DNA of 64,000 nt from Candidatus Nomurabacteria bacterium (GCA_020632395.1 JACKFQ010000001.1:313900-377899); one strand, 5' to 3'. Positions 49,851-59,756 are shown, counted from the first letter of the stretch. The notes: generated from the letters alone by a model not told the origin. Numbers and translations: made by a program.

Positions 49851-51935
49851 GTGAGTACTCAACATGGAGAACTGAACAAACACGTGCTTCCAGCTGACTC
49901 TGTATTGACACCTGTATTTGAACAATTAAGGACATTCAATACATCACAGAATGATGAACGAAAACACGATGAAAAAACTCGTATCTTGGTAGATATAACC
50001 TATCAACTACCTTACCTTCTTGAACATTTAGATGGATTAGTTGGATCTGAGATAGTAGCTCTTGGATATGTTGCAGATTTCCTGGAGTCCGATCCAGACT
50101 TGTTGGCTGATGCACTTAGGTCTCGACTCAATAAATATACTGGAGCACTTGTTTCTGATAAACCTAATAGCACTTCTCGTAAACAGTTAACAGATTTAGG
50201 AACTGTACTTAGGATTGCTCTACCATCGAATGGAGCTAGTAGGGTACCACCAGATTCTGACTTGGATGAAAATCATCCTCTGGACATGGTCAAGGACAGA
50301 ATTTCCTCCGTATATACAAGACTAACTCGCGATTGGTTGGAAGGAATTTCACCCCATAAAAAAAAAGTCCGTGCTGTTGTATACAACCTTCTCTTCGCAG
50401 CATGGCTTTCTGAATCAGATACGGTAGTGATAAAAGTAGAAGATTTGATTGTGAACACCGTAAAAAGTGAATTAGGAGAACTGGTATCATCCGATGTTAA
50501 CGCTACTAATCAGATTCTACTCAAATGGAACAAATTTCTTTCACAAGCCATAACACAAAATACATTTCAAGTGTTTCAACAGCTGAAGGCTCTTCTAGAT
50601 GGAAATCTAGAAGCACGAACAAAACTAATGAACCGTAGAGGTATTGATTCAGATGCGGTTAAATTTATTGCCTCAATTTCTCAGCATATTAGAATGCTAA
50701 GTGATCTTGGGCATACCTCATCATTTACTAAAATGCTAAATCCAAACTCTTTAGAAGAAGCAGGGTATATCACCCAAGTCCTAGAGTATGTTATTGGAAC
50801 TCGAGAAGCTACTCTATGGGAGCTTCTTGCATCGTATAGACCACCTCCAATAATGGCACAAGATGCAAAATTCCTTGATACAACAAGGGATTTTCAAGCC
50901 CGAGCACTGCTTGCACAATCAGTAATAGACTATAATATGTCTCGTCTCGAAAAGATTCTGGACCTAAAAAGTACACCAGAAACGTTATTAGGGTTACCTT
51001 TCAATCCCAATAATTACAATAAGCTTTTAGTAGAAAGCTTGATCATGCTATTATTTCCTACCCTTCCTCTTGCATCTATTCAAGATACATTCATGAGAGC
51101 AAAGAATGTCCGCCAGTTTAGAACTCTGATACAACATGGTACAGTTGCAATATCTCCACAAGGAGAACGGTTTACTCGAACTGAATACAAAAATCAACAC
51201 CTCTTACAGCATAGGATTCACTCCTTAACAATTTATAACGCACGAGAAATTACTGATAACAAACTACCAGGAGGTTTTTTTATAATAATTATTCTTCAAG
51301 ATTTTCCAACGCATAAATTTCAGATCTGGATAAATGAAATTGGTATCCCATATATTGTGACCTCACAACTTACCTCACCTATCTACACAACAAAAGCTTT
51401 AGAAGACCGCCTATTAGTGCTACTGTATGAGCATATTGCTGCAATCAAGTGTCCTAACACGACGAGATTAGCCAATGGCTCATTCCATCCGGTGACTGCA
51501 GAACAACATTCTGATTCGGATCAGCCACCCCTACGTGGACCGCATTTTCAAACTTTACAAGAAGGTCGAAGAGGCCCCTATAGACGTAGTAGACTTACAA
51601 ATGAAGATATAATTAGATTGAGTGGTTCTTTAGCATCACAAGGATATCCTATGCCCGAGGATCCATTATTGGCAGTTGAGAGGTATATTACTAAGTTAAG
51701 AGTTAATGGGCATAATATCAATCATTTGATTTTTGATGAAGAGAAGTGGATCGACTCAATACTTGTGAGACTTGCTTTACTACCGGGTCTCACATATGAG
51801 GGATTCCTAGCAGCCACACAAGCTGTAAGGAATCAAGGTAGAGATACACAAGTCCAACTCTTTAGAGGATCATCCTATAGAACCCTAAGACAACAAGCTC
51901 CAAACGAGGTAACCTTAACTCGCTCTAATCAATAA
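49851..51935 (+). CDS. Large hypothetical protein (694 aa) with no recognisable motifs
   Basis: A long open frame with native-like composition. It has no TM segments and no signal peptide, and no known catalytic signature was found. Confidence 0.4.
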   Translation: MSTQHGELNKHVLPADSVLTPVFEQLRTFNTSQNDERKHDEKTRILVDITYQLPYLLEHLDGLVGSEIVALGYVADFLESDPDLLADALRSRLNKYTGALVSDKPNSTSRKQLTDLGTVLRIALPSNGASRVPPDSDLDENHPLDMVKDRISSVYTRLTRDWLEGISPHKKKVRAVVYNLLFAAWLSESDTVVIKVEDLIVNTVKSELGELVSSDVNATNQILLKWNKFLSQAITQNTFQVFQQLKALLDGNLEARTKLMNRRGIDSDAVKFIASISQHIRMLSDLGHTSSFTKMLNPNSLEEAGYITQVLEYVIGTREATLWELLASYRPPPIMAQDAKFLDTTRDFQARALLAQSVIDYNMSRLEKILDLKSTPETLLGLPFNPNNYNKLLVESLIMLLFPTLPLASIQDTFMRAKNVRQFRTLIQHGTVAISPQGERFTRTEYKNQHLLQHRIHSLTIYNAREITDNKLPGGFFIIIILQDFPTHKFQIWINEIGIPYIVTSQLTSPIYTTKALEDRLLVLLYEHIAAIKCPNTTRLANGSFHPVTAEQHSDSDQPPLRGPHFQTLQEGRRGPYRRSRLTNEDIIRLSGSLASQGYPMPEDPLLAVERYITKLRVNGHNINHLIFDEEKWIDSILVRLALLPGLTYEGFLAATQAVRNQGRDTQVQLFRGSSYRTLRQQAPNEVTLTRSNQ

Positions 51936-52043
51936 GTAAGTGGCAAATGCCCTTCGATAATTGTCCTTTGCGGATGTGACATATTGATCATCATCACCCT
52001 GATTTAAACCACATATTGAATCTAATTATGTTATCATCACTCT

Positions 52044-52709
52044 ATGAAGGAAAATCGGAGGAAAGTACTCAACGGGATCTTGAGTATATATACTTGGGTA
52101 GGGATAGCCTTACTTATTTTTGGGGTGATCGTTGTTGTGCTACCCTTAGCTCCGGGTATTGTCTATTCGATCTATCCGTCGGCATATGATAATGAGTTGG
52201 ATTCACTCACTGACGAAATTCATATTGATCCAGATTCAATCGATTCAGGTGACAGAACCGACCAAGAGCTTGTTGTGGAGGCATTTCCAGCACAAGACCT
52301 CGCATTACCAACGACACCTCAACTTAAGATCACGAAAATAGGTGTAAATGGCACACTACAACAGGGTTCTAATGGTAATGATGCTCTATCAAAAGGACCT
52401 TGGATCGTTCCAGATCTTGGTGATCCTATGAACAATTACCTCCCAACAATAATTGCATCACATAGATGGGGTGGAATAGGGTGGTCATCTGAACAGCGGG
52501 AGCTACTTTCATTCAATAAACTACCTGACCTTGTAGCAGGCGACACCATACAAATTGTGTGGGACCAAAGGGTCTTTGAGTATCAAGTCATTAGGGTTGT
52601 TGAATCAACTTATATTGACGATTACAATACGGATCTGATCTTATATACCTGTAAATATCTATGGCAAAACCCGACAAGGATATTCGTGTACGCAGAAAGA
52701 AGCAATTGA
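52044..52709 (+). CDS. Sortase-family transpeptidase (paralog 2)
   Basis: N-terminal TM. His in IIASHRWGG, Cys in LILYTCKY, Arg in NPTRIFVY. Paralogous to the gene at 58655. Confidence 0.7.
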   Translation: MKENRRKVLNGILSIYTWVGIALLIFGVIVVVLPLAPGIVYSIYPSAYDNELDSLTDEIHIDPDSIDSGDRTDQELVVEAFPAQDLALPTTPQLKITKIGVNGTLQQGSNGNDALSKGPWIVPDLGDPMNNYLPTIIASHRWGGIGWSSEQRELLSFNKLPDLVAGDTIQIVWDQRVFEYQVIRVVESTYIDDYNTDLILYTCKYLWQNPTRIFVYAERSN

Positions 52710-53615
52710 CCCGTGCGACAGTCATTGCAACGATTCTGTTATGTCTAACAGCCCTCGCTATGGGGGGTTTTTACATTGGTAAGAATGATGTTGGTACATC
52801 TGATGATGGTAGCTCAGATGTATTAAATATTGATGAAGTTTCTCTTAACACGGTGCTTTTCAAGGGTTGGGAAGAGGCATTAGAGAAAGACCGGATTGAA
52901 GCAGAAAAAGCTATCGAAGAAGCCCAAAATGACAGCGAAGAGGAGAAAAAATTATCCGACCAATCATCTGAACCCCAACCCGCAACCGACCCATCACCAG
53001 AGTCTCAACCTCCATCTGACACCCAACCGTCCCCCTCATCCACCAATAACTGGTGGAGCTATCCCGCGATCATTAACACTATTCCGGCATCTGCAGTGAC
53101 TCTCTCGACTGTGGTAAATAAGGGTAATAAGCTTGCTTCGGACTATGTTCCACCCAATCTCACGCTCCTACAAAACATCTCGGGAATCCGCATTCCTTCG
53201 AATAAGCAAGGAACGATCTATGTCAGGTCCGAGATGATCCCCGCGCTCACACAACTAGGAGCTGCCGCCCAAAATGCGGGTATAGACCTTTCGATAGTAT
53301 CGGCTTACCGCTCATATTCCACTCAAGCCAGTACCTACAACTACTGGGTTTCGTACAATGGTGGGAATGTGGATGCAGCAGACCAGGTGTCGGCAAGACC
53401 GGGTCATAGTGAGCATCAGTTGGGTACTGTTGTTGATTTTAGTACGTCTGCTGCGGGCGATGCTGTGGGAGCGGCTTTTTCACGGTACAGTGGCAGCGGC
53501 ATGGTTGGCAGAGAATGCACCAACATACGGCTTTCGCTTGTCATATCCTGCTGGACAGGAGTGGGTTACAGGATATGCTCACGAGAGCTGGCATTGGCGG
53601 TGGTGGAGCGAGTAG
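52661..53615 (+). pseudogene. M15B/VanY-family D-Ala-D-Ala carboxypeptidase with a +1 frameshift in a T5 run
   Basis: Frame 1 encodes SAYRSYSTQ ... ARPGHSEHQLGTVVDF (zinc ligands). The conserved C-terminus AAWLAENAPTYGFRLSYPAGQEWVTGYAHESWHWRWW continues in another frame (ORF 53358-53615). Removing one T at 53476-53480 restores the frame. Confidence 0.7.
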
Positions 53616-53840
53616 GGGTGGATGCCTTGAGAACACAGATGAAGTGCCCCTTGAAATAGAATATGAGGTAATAACCGTTGTAAAAACAAATGTACAACAA
53701 ATTGATACCCAGTAGTGTATTCTACATATGAGATCTTTTGTTTAATATATTCCTTTTCGACAGATCCTTGAGATTTGAGGACTTCCAACAATCGCAATTC
53801 CAATATAGAACCAGTAGCTATCGATAAACATGCAATTATT

Positions 53841-54954
53841 GGCATAATGGACAAATGCGTTGGTAAAAGTGTGTACTTCTGCTGTTGTGAAGGGGATAAC
53901 TGTTAGAATATACCCTACTATGAAAAAAAAGTACTCTCAAATGTCCCATCTGTGGCGGTTCCTGCATCGGTTGGGGAGCCAATCGAAACGGGACTAAAAG
54001 ATACCGGTGTGAACGGTGTATCAAGACGTTTACCAGGCAGAAAATATGGAAGGGGAATCTGTACAAAGAAGGCATTTAGGAGTTGGATCTTAGAGGGAAC
54101 GACTGTCAGTTTTTTAAACAATACCGTCTTTCCGTCAGGTAGTTCAGAAAAGACACTTCGTCGAAGATTTCACGATTTTCTAGACAATCCTCCACCACCA
54201 ATATATCAAAAACAACTCGTGTATGTATTTCTAAAAGCGGATGGTACTTACTGGAAGAGATGGGGATGTACCCTAGCATACAAGGTAGAACAGAAAGTCA
54301 TCTTCTGGGACTGTGTAGAAAAAGAAAGATACTTTGATTACATCAGGAACCTAGGTCAAATCAGACTGAGGAACTACATAGTACTTGGAATTACTAGTGA
54401 CAAGCACTCAAGTATTGTTTCTGCGGTTAAAACAATACATCCTGACATTCCACATCAGTACTGTCTGGTGCACATACAACGGAGATGTCAGACCTTGCTG
54501 ACTAGAAATCCCCAAACAGAAGCAGGCCAGAAACTTTTGGAGATTGTGAAATTTGTAAACAAGATTCCAAACCATGATGAGAAGGAGATTTGGATCAGAT
54601 GGCTTTTCAGATTTGAGGATAGATATTCAGATTTTATTAATCAGAGAACATATGCGACAACAGATGACGGTAAGCGTACCTGGTGGTACACCCACAGAAA
54701 CGTTCGGAAGGCTTTTAGGCACCTTCGGAACTCTCTGGACAATATGTTTCTGTATTTGGATCATCCTGGACTGAGTAAAGACACCAACGGTTTGGAGGCT
54801 GAGTTTACCTATCTCAAGGAGCGCATAGGTAAGCATCGGGGACTTAATCGAGAAAGGAAGATGAATCTCGTTCACTGGTATTTTCATTTCAAATCACAAG
54901 AGACTAAAACCCCATGATCTGATATCAATTACCAACGCATTTGTCCATTATGCC
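53841..54954 (+). mobile_element. Degraded IS1595-like insertion sequence (1114 bp) with 26 bp TIRs
   Basis: GGCATAATGGACAAATGCGTTGGTAA at 53841-53866 is the reverse complement of 54929-54954. The flanks CAATTATT and CAACTATG match at 6 of 8 positions. Confidence 0.75.
53919..54917 (+). pseudogene. IS1595/ISXO2-like transposase pseudogene (at least two frameshifts)
   Basis: The ATG at 53919 is followed by an A8 run. The zinc ribbon KCPICGGSCIGWGANRNGTKRYRCERCIKTF is in a second frame that ends at a TAG. The DDE region (VFLKADGTYW, ITSDKH, QYCLVHIQRR, TNGLEAEFTYLKERIG) is in a third frame (ORF 53952-54917). It is homologous to the 12652 transposase. Confidence 0.7.
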
Positions 54955-55600
54955 CAACTATGCACTTATGACCTCATCAACACCATTCTTTGTTCCAATG
55001 GATGATGATACGAGATTGGTCAATTTTGATCCTGAGCATATAATAAGAACTATGTGTGGGTATGCTAAGATCGGTATCCTATCACCAGAGTACGATGGAA
55101 CCTCTGTATTCGGAGATGATCTATACCTAGCTAACCCCTATAGAGAAGACAGATACCCGTATAAAGATCTACAACTACGCGAGATACCACCAGAAGGGTA
55201 TCTTTACGGTGCTTGTATGGTGATGAGAAAGTCCGACTTGAAAAACCTTGGTTCACATCCATTTGGAGAGCCTGGAGCCTATGGGTTCCATGACATACTG
55301 ATCACTGAGAAGCTTCGTTTACAGGGGTTGAAGATGGTCATTGATGAAAGAACTATTGCCCACCATGTACCTATAACCATAAGTGACCCGGAGATCTCTG
55401 CGTGGAAGAAGGAGTGCCGTGAGGGACGAACAAGAATGCCCTTCAATGAATGGAAACAGCTACATATAGATGGGAGTCCCATGAAGCACCCCTGGTTGAA
55501 GGCGAAGGATGTCGCAACAACCAGGTTCTATAACGAGAGGGTAAATGGAGCCTTTAGGAGACGACGGTCTGCAAGCAAGTTCCAGCTACTGAATACTTGA
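54941..55600 (+). CDS. Probable 3' fragment of a family-2 glycosyltransferase gene, truncated at the IS boundary
   Basis: FFVPMDDD (DxD-like), GYLYGACMVMRKSDLKNLG, GFHDILITEKLRLQG, RTIAHHV resemble the C-terminal half of GT2 enzymes. The ORF begins inside the IS right TIR. No N-terminal half was found upstream. Confidence 0.35.
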   Translation: MSIMPNYALMTSSTPFFVPMDDDTRLVNFDPEHIIRTMCGYAKIGILSPEYDGTSVFGDDLYLANPYREDRYPYKDLQLREIPPEGYLYGACMVMRKSDLKNLGSHPFGEPGAYGFHDILITEKLRLQGLKMVIDERTIAHHVPITISDPEISAWKKECREGRTRMPFNEWKQLHIDGSPMKHPWLKAKDVATTRFYNERVNGAFRRRRSASKFQLLNT

Positions 55601-55725
55601 GTAGTATAGCGGTTTTCACAGCTCGAATTGGCAGCTGGATGAGCTTAGGTCCGCCACCTGACTCCGCAAACGAAGTGCACCACTTGAGTTAAAATACTTT
55701 GTATTTAACTTAAGTAAGAAAGACA

Positions 55726-56715
55726 GTGCATCACAAACAACTCAGCCTTGAGGAAAGGGAGAGATTGTATGCATTGCGTGAGAAAGGTATGTCCTTTAGA
55801 CAAATAGCAATAAAACTCAATAGGTCTCACACAACCCTATCCAGGGAATATAAACGCAATGCTCCATATATCTACGGAGAATACATCCCCATTAAGGCAC
55901 ACAACAAATACTTCAAACGAGGCAAAAAACAAAGAAGAAAAGCCCCATTAAAATCTCCGGAAATACTCCTGTACGTTCGTGAAAAGCTAAGAGAGGAGCA
56001 GTGGAGCCCTGAAACCATCTCCGCAAAGTTGAAGTCGGAAACAGGGCTTTGTATCCACCACGAAACGATATACAGGTACATCTACCACAAAGATAATAGA
56101 AAGTACCAGTTGTGGAATTATCTCACATACAAGAGAAAGAGGCGACAGAAATGGAGTGGTAGATCCTCTACACGTGAAAACCGCATTAACAATGCAATTA
56201 GCATAGAGGAGAGGCCTAAAGAAATAGCCTCACGAATTGAATACGGACATTGGGAGACAGACCTAATGGAAAGTCCAAGGGGTAAACAACACTCCCTTCT
56301 TGTAAACATTGAGCGTAAGACTAGATACATTAAAATAGCCAGGATACCTAACAAAAAGGCATCTACAAATACACAGAATATGCTTAGGCTTCTTAAGAGA
56401 TACAAACCTAAGACAATAACCTCAGACAATGGGTTAGAAAATGCAAAACACGAACAAATATCTCAAGAACTTAACACTAAGTATTACTTCTGTCATCCGT
56501 ATAGTAGTTGGGAAAAGGGCTCGGTAGAAAACCGTATTGGTGTAATTAGGAGATATTTACCTAAAGGAACTGACTTGGCCCAGTTAAGTTTGAGGCAGAT
56601 TAAATTATTAGAGAAGAACATAAATAACCGACCTATGAAATGTATGAAGCCGCTCCCGCGACCTTACGGTCGGGGTTTCGGCTATTCAAACAAAGTTTGT
56701 CCTGAATCTTCTTGA
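55726..56715 (+). CDS. IS30-family DDE transposase (3' end displaced by the nested IS200-like element)
   Basis: N-terminal HTH (LSLEERERLYALREKGMSFRQIA), ISIEERPKEIASRIEYGHWETDLM, TSDNGLE, and LEKNINNRPMKCM, after which the native sequence is lost. The last ~22 codons of the ORF read through IS200 hairpin DNA. Confidence 0.8.
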   Translation: MHHKQLSLEERERLYALREKGMSFRQIAIKLNRSHTTLSREYKRNAPYIYGEYIPIKAHNKYFKRGKKQRRKAPLKSPEILLYVREKLREEQWSPETISAKLKSETGLCIHHETIYRYIYHKDNRKYQLWNYLTYKRKRRQKWSGRSSTRENRINNAISIEERPKEIASRIEYGHWETDLMESPRGKQHSLLVNIERKTRYIKIARIPNKKASTNTQNMLRLLKRYKPKTITSDNGLENAKHEQISQELNTKYYFCHPYSSWEKGSVENRIGVIRRYLPKGTDLAQLSLRQIKLLEKNINNRPMKCMKPLPRPYGRGFGYSNKVCPESS

Positions 56716-57172
56716 CCCTGACGGATAATATATTTACGAATTACAGACTCATTTGCTTTCACTGTTGTTACAAAATATCCCTCTGACCAAATGGAATCTG
56801 TTCCCCAATACACTTGCTTCAAGAACGGGAATTTTTGCTTCAAACCTACTGCTGTGTTACTTTTCAACAAACCGACTACTTTCCCAACACGCATTGTTGG
56901 CGGAATTGATACTAAAAGATGTATGTGATCTTCATCATGGTTAACTTCCTCAATACTAACCTGTGGGTAATATTTACAAAACTCCGCCAACTTACTCTCG
57001 ACATAAGCAAAAACTCCGTTATTAAATACCTTGCGACGATATTTTGTAACTAACACGATATGGTATTCACAATGGTACACACAGTGTGCGATGCGGGTTA
57101 ATTTCATTCCACATTTTACAAACTACACGATTCAGGAGCAACTTCATCCCCAACCGACCTTACGGTCGGGGA
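56652..57172 (-). mobile_element. IS200-like element (tnpA only) nested inside the IS30 transposase gene
   Basis: Near-identical subterminal hairpins CGACCTTACGGTCGGGG lie at 56659-56675 and 57155-57171, flanking tnpA. The IS30 ORF is split at exactly these points. Confidence 0.7.
56682..57107 (-). CDS. IS200/IS605-family Y1 (HuH) transposase TnpA
   Basis: 141 aa. HIHLLVSIPP HuH motif and catalytic Tyr in SEGYFVTTV. Confidence 0.85.
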   Translation of the reverse strand: MKLTRIAHCVYHCEYHIVLVTKYRRKVFNNGVFAYVESKLAEFCKYYPQVSIEEVNHDEDHIHLLVSIPPTMRVGKVVGLLKSNTAVGLKQKFPFLKQVYWGTDSIWSEGYFVTTVKANESVIRKYIIRQGQEDSGQTLFE

Positions 57173-57274
57173 TTTATGCCGGAGGCGTTAAACTATTTAA
57201 CACCCTTGCGGGCATTGAGAAAGGAGCTAAATATGCTATGATCCTATTCCTCAAGTGGTGCACTTCAACTGCGA

Positions 57275-58102
57275 ATGCAGGGGATGAAGGATCTTTACCG
57301 CAATAGCCCCATAGTATACAATGTAGCTATTATGACAAGTACTATTGAAACAGTTCCAATAACGCCTTCGGACCAATGGTTCGCTGAACATGCTGTTAAT
57401 TCCGAAGCAAGATATGCACAAGGACGAGTTGAACAGACCGCTGGTGTCATTGAGGTCGGATTAGAAGTCGTTGATGCTGTCGCAGATATTGGTATCACAG
57501 GAATAGCAATACCTGGTGCTGTAGATTTCTTTGATGGTTGGAGACATAAAGAAGAGGCATTAATGGCTAATTCTATGACTTATGAAGCTGCTCACAAACA
57601 TGCAGTACGCGCCAAATGGGTAGGGTTAGCAAGTGCACTACCGGTAACTGTACTAGCAACTGTTATTGCAGGTTCAACACCTATTGGAATTGCTGTAGGA
57701 TTAGCATTTGGTATCGCCAGATATGCATCTGGATACAGTGCACAAAGACAAATAGAGCTAGTAGGAGGAGTAGAAAGCCGAACTGTAGCACAATCTGATG
57801 CTTGGTTTACAAGTAATTCATTACGTGAACTTCCTAAAAATTTACGTTGGTTGGAAAGGTATGTAGAGCTATTTAAGGCTGGTGGATTCAGCATAAGTGC
57901 AATTGTAGCGTTAGCGTCACTTAATCCAATAGGTATACTTTATGCTTTAGCTGCAGGGTATTCGTATTGGAAATTTGACAAGAGTTTACCTCCTGTTATT
58001 GAATATTATGAAGATTTAGAAGAGAAAAGTGCTCAACTTGCAAATGTGAGTACAACACAAGGGAATCACAGAAGAGTTAATGCTAGGCCACTACCAGCAT
58101 AA
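57275..58102 (+). CDS. Hypothetical protein with a Gly/Ala-rich membrane-like segment
   Basis: 275 aa. Small-residue (Gly/Ala)-rich stretches (LPVTVLATVIAGSTPIGIAVGLAFGIA; ISAIVALASLNPIGILYALAAG). The ORF starts 9 nt after the IS30 right TIR. Confidence 0.35.
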   Translation: MQGMKDLYRNSPIVYNVAIMTSTIETVPITPSDQWFAEHAVNSEARYAQGRVEQTAGVIEVGLEVVDAVADIGITGIAIPGAVDFFDGWRHKEEALMANSMTYEAAHKHAVRAKWVGLASALPVTVLATVIAGSTPIGIAVGLAFGIARYASGYSAQRQIELVGGVESRTVAQSDAWFTSNSLRELPKNLRWLERYVELFKAGGFSISAIVALASLNPIGILYALAAGYSYWKFDKSLPPVIEYYEDLEEKSAQLANVSTTQGNHRRVNARPLPA

Positions 58103-58126
58103 TAGCTTATATCTAAGGGCGTTTTC

Positions 58127-58540
58127 ATGAACAACCAACCTGAATTTACAGATATTATTCAGCAATTGATGCAAATATTTCTCATTGTAGGATATGCTGA
58201 GGCAGAAGCGAGCAATAGAGTTGTACAGTTCCTTACTATTGTAGAAGAGAAGGCTACAAAAAAAATAGTCGAACATTCCCAAAACACTGAGAAATCAACG
58301 ATCTTAAGTGCAAAAGAGCACATCAATACCTCAGAATCCATTGATAACGTAGATATTGATGCTAGAAGTAACCAAATCGCAGAATATTGGCACAAAATAG
58401 CCCAAATAGTAGGCAAAGAAGACTTATTGAGCATTTACAGTTCTACATACAATGAAACCCTTGACGATTACTTAAGCACAATTGATGAATCGCTAAACAG
58501 TGAACAGAAGGCGAGGATTGGAGTGATTCTATCCAGTTAG
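58127..58540 (+). CDS. Hypothetical protein
   Basis: 137 aa acidic protein. No motifs recognised. Confidence 0.3.
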   Translation: MNNQPEFTDIIQQLMQIFLIVGYAEAEASNRVVQFLTIVEEKATKKIVEHSQNTEKSTILSAKEHINTSESIDNVDIDARSNQIAEYWHKIAQIVGKEDLLSIYSSTYNETLDDYLSTIDESLNSEQKARIGVILSS

Positions 58541-58654
58541 CCAGGTGGAAGCTCGACACAAATGTAATCTAAGTTCTTAACACAAGAATAATTCCAATAT
58601 ATACTCCTATTAAGAGTAGTATATCAATAGATTAAGTGTGCTAGGAATATCAGC

Positions 58655-59392
58655 GTGAAAAAATATCAAAAAAACGTAATTCGTGCCTTTCTTTGGTTTG
58701 ATCTATTTCTAGCCGGACTTGCATTGGGTGTAGCCATGCTATTTCTTTCAATACCACTTATTCCGAGCTTCTGGTATGGACTTGATCCAAATTCGACATC
58801 ACGTGAATTAACTACACTCGACAGTAATATCTCTGAAGATATCGTAGCCTACAGTACTCTCACAGATATAGACACTGATGATGATATTTCCGAACCGGAG
58901 CCAGAACCGATACCAGATCCAGAACCAATTGACCCTAGACCTGAATTCAATGAAGACTTACCTAAACAAAATCGTATCATAATACCAACGCTTGGCATTG
59001 ACTCAAAAATCTATGGAGGAACTGATTCAGTTAAAGCACTTAACAACGGACCATGGCTGATACCTGATTTTGCAAGACCAGATACGTTCGATGGACCTGT
59101 CATCATTGCTTCACACAGGTGGGGTGGTATTGGCTGGACTGCAGAAGAAAAAACTAAGAAATCATTCTTACTACTACCAGAGTTAAAGAAAGGAGATATA
59201 ATAAAGATCTATTGGGAGCAGAGAGAGTACATATACGAAGTATACAAGAATAGTGAATCAACCGCGATAAATGATTATAACGCTGATCTCATACTATACA
59301 CTTGCAAGCTATTTATACCTTCAGACCAACGTATCCTTAGCTATGCAAAACTAACTAATGCACCAAAAGAGCAATTGACAGATACCCTATAA
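58655..59392 (+). CDS. Sortase-family transpeptidase (paralog 3)
   Basis: N-terminal TM. IIASHRWGGIGWT (His), LILYTCKL (Cys), SDQRILSY (Arg). Acidic Pro-rich linker EPEPEPIPDPEPIDP. Confidence 0.7.
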   Translation: MKKYQKNVIRAFLWFDLFLAGLALGVAMLFLSIPLIPSFWYGLDPNSTSRELTTLDSNISEDIVAYSTLTDIDTDDDISEPEPEPIPDPEPIDPRPEFNEDLPKQNRIIIPTLGIDSKIYGGTDSVKALNNGPWLIPDFARPDTFDGPVIIASHRWGGIGWTAEEKTKKSFLLLPELKKGDIIKIYWEQREYIYEVYKNSESTAINDYNADLILYTCKLFIPSDQRILSYAKLTNAPKEQLTDTL

Positions 59393-59436
59393 TATGCTAT
59401 AATTGCAACGTAATTGAATTATTAGCTCTTTAGATC

Positions 59437-59682
59437 ATGAAAAAAGCTTTTGCAATCGTATCAACGATTGGATTATCACTCATGACAGCTGCATCTAAGG
59501 TGTATGCCGACGGTGGAACTGGAACTTCAGTCTATGGAGTACATGATGTAACTGATGTTGATACTGCAATTGCCTTAGGTGATATTAATAAGCTTTTCTA
59601 TATTGGAGTAATTGCAGCACTAATAGCAGCTATTACACTAATATCGAGCTATAAACTCACTAAAGCAATAGCAAGAAAATAA
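59437..59682 (+). CDS. Small exported protein (81 aa) with a signal peptide and a C-terminal TM plus basic tail
   Basis: MKKAFAIVSTIGLSLMTAASKVYA signal peptide. C-terminal FYIGVIAALIAAITLI followed by KLTKAIARK. Immediately downstream of the sortase. Confidence 0.4.
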   Translation: MKKAFAIVSTIGLSLMTAASKVYADGGTGTSVYGVHDVTDVDTAIALGDINKLFYIGVIAALIAAITLISSYKLTKAIARK

Positions 59683-59685
59683 AAA

Positions 59686-59709
59686 AACGGCTCCGGCCGT
59701 TTTTTTTTG
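59686..59709. terminator. Bidirectional rho-independent terminator between convergent genes
   Basis: AAAAAAA-CGGCTCCGGCCG-TTTTTTTTT: a GC-rich hairpin with an A-tract on one side and a T-tract on the other. Confidence 0.6.
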
Positions 59710-59756
59710 CATCAAAACAATTATTGAATCAAGTCTACGAAGCAAACCTCCAATGA

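Larger units (their letters stand above)
55673..57266 (+). mobile_element. IS30-family element (17 bp TIRs) carrying a nested IS200-like insertion
   Basis: GAAGTGCACCACTTGAG at 55673-55689 is the reverse complement of 57250-57266. The transposase ORF is interrupted at ~56652 and resumes after 57172 (GFMPEALNYLTPLRALRKELNML, stop 57239-57241), 9 nt before the right TIR. Confidence 0.75.

Noticed and set aside
53579-54121. Three overlapping minus-strand ORFs (53579-53854, 53836-54075, 53918-54121)
   Set aside because: They lie antisense across the IS1595-like left end and the transposase start. They are Pro/His-rich junk translations.
59437-59682. Calling the 81 aa exported protein a bona fide sortase substrate or pilin
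   Set aside because: It has a signal peptide, a TM and a basic tail. No pentapeptide resembling LPXTG/LPEAAG precedes the TM, and the mature part is only ~35 aa. Kept as a hypothesis only.
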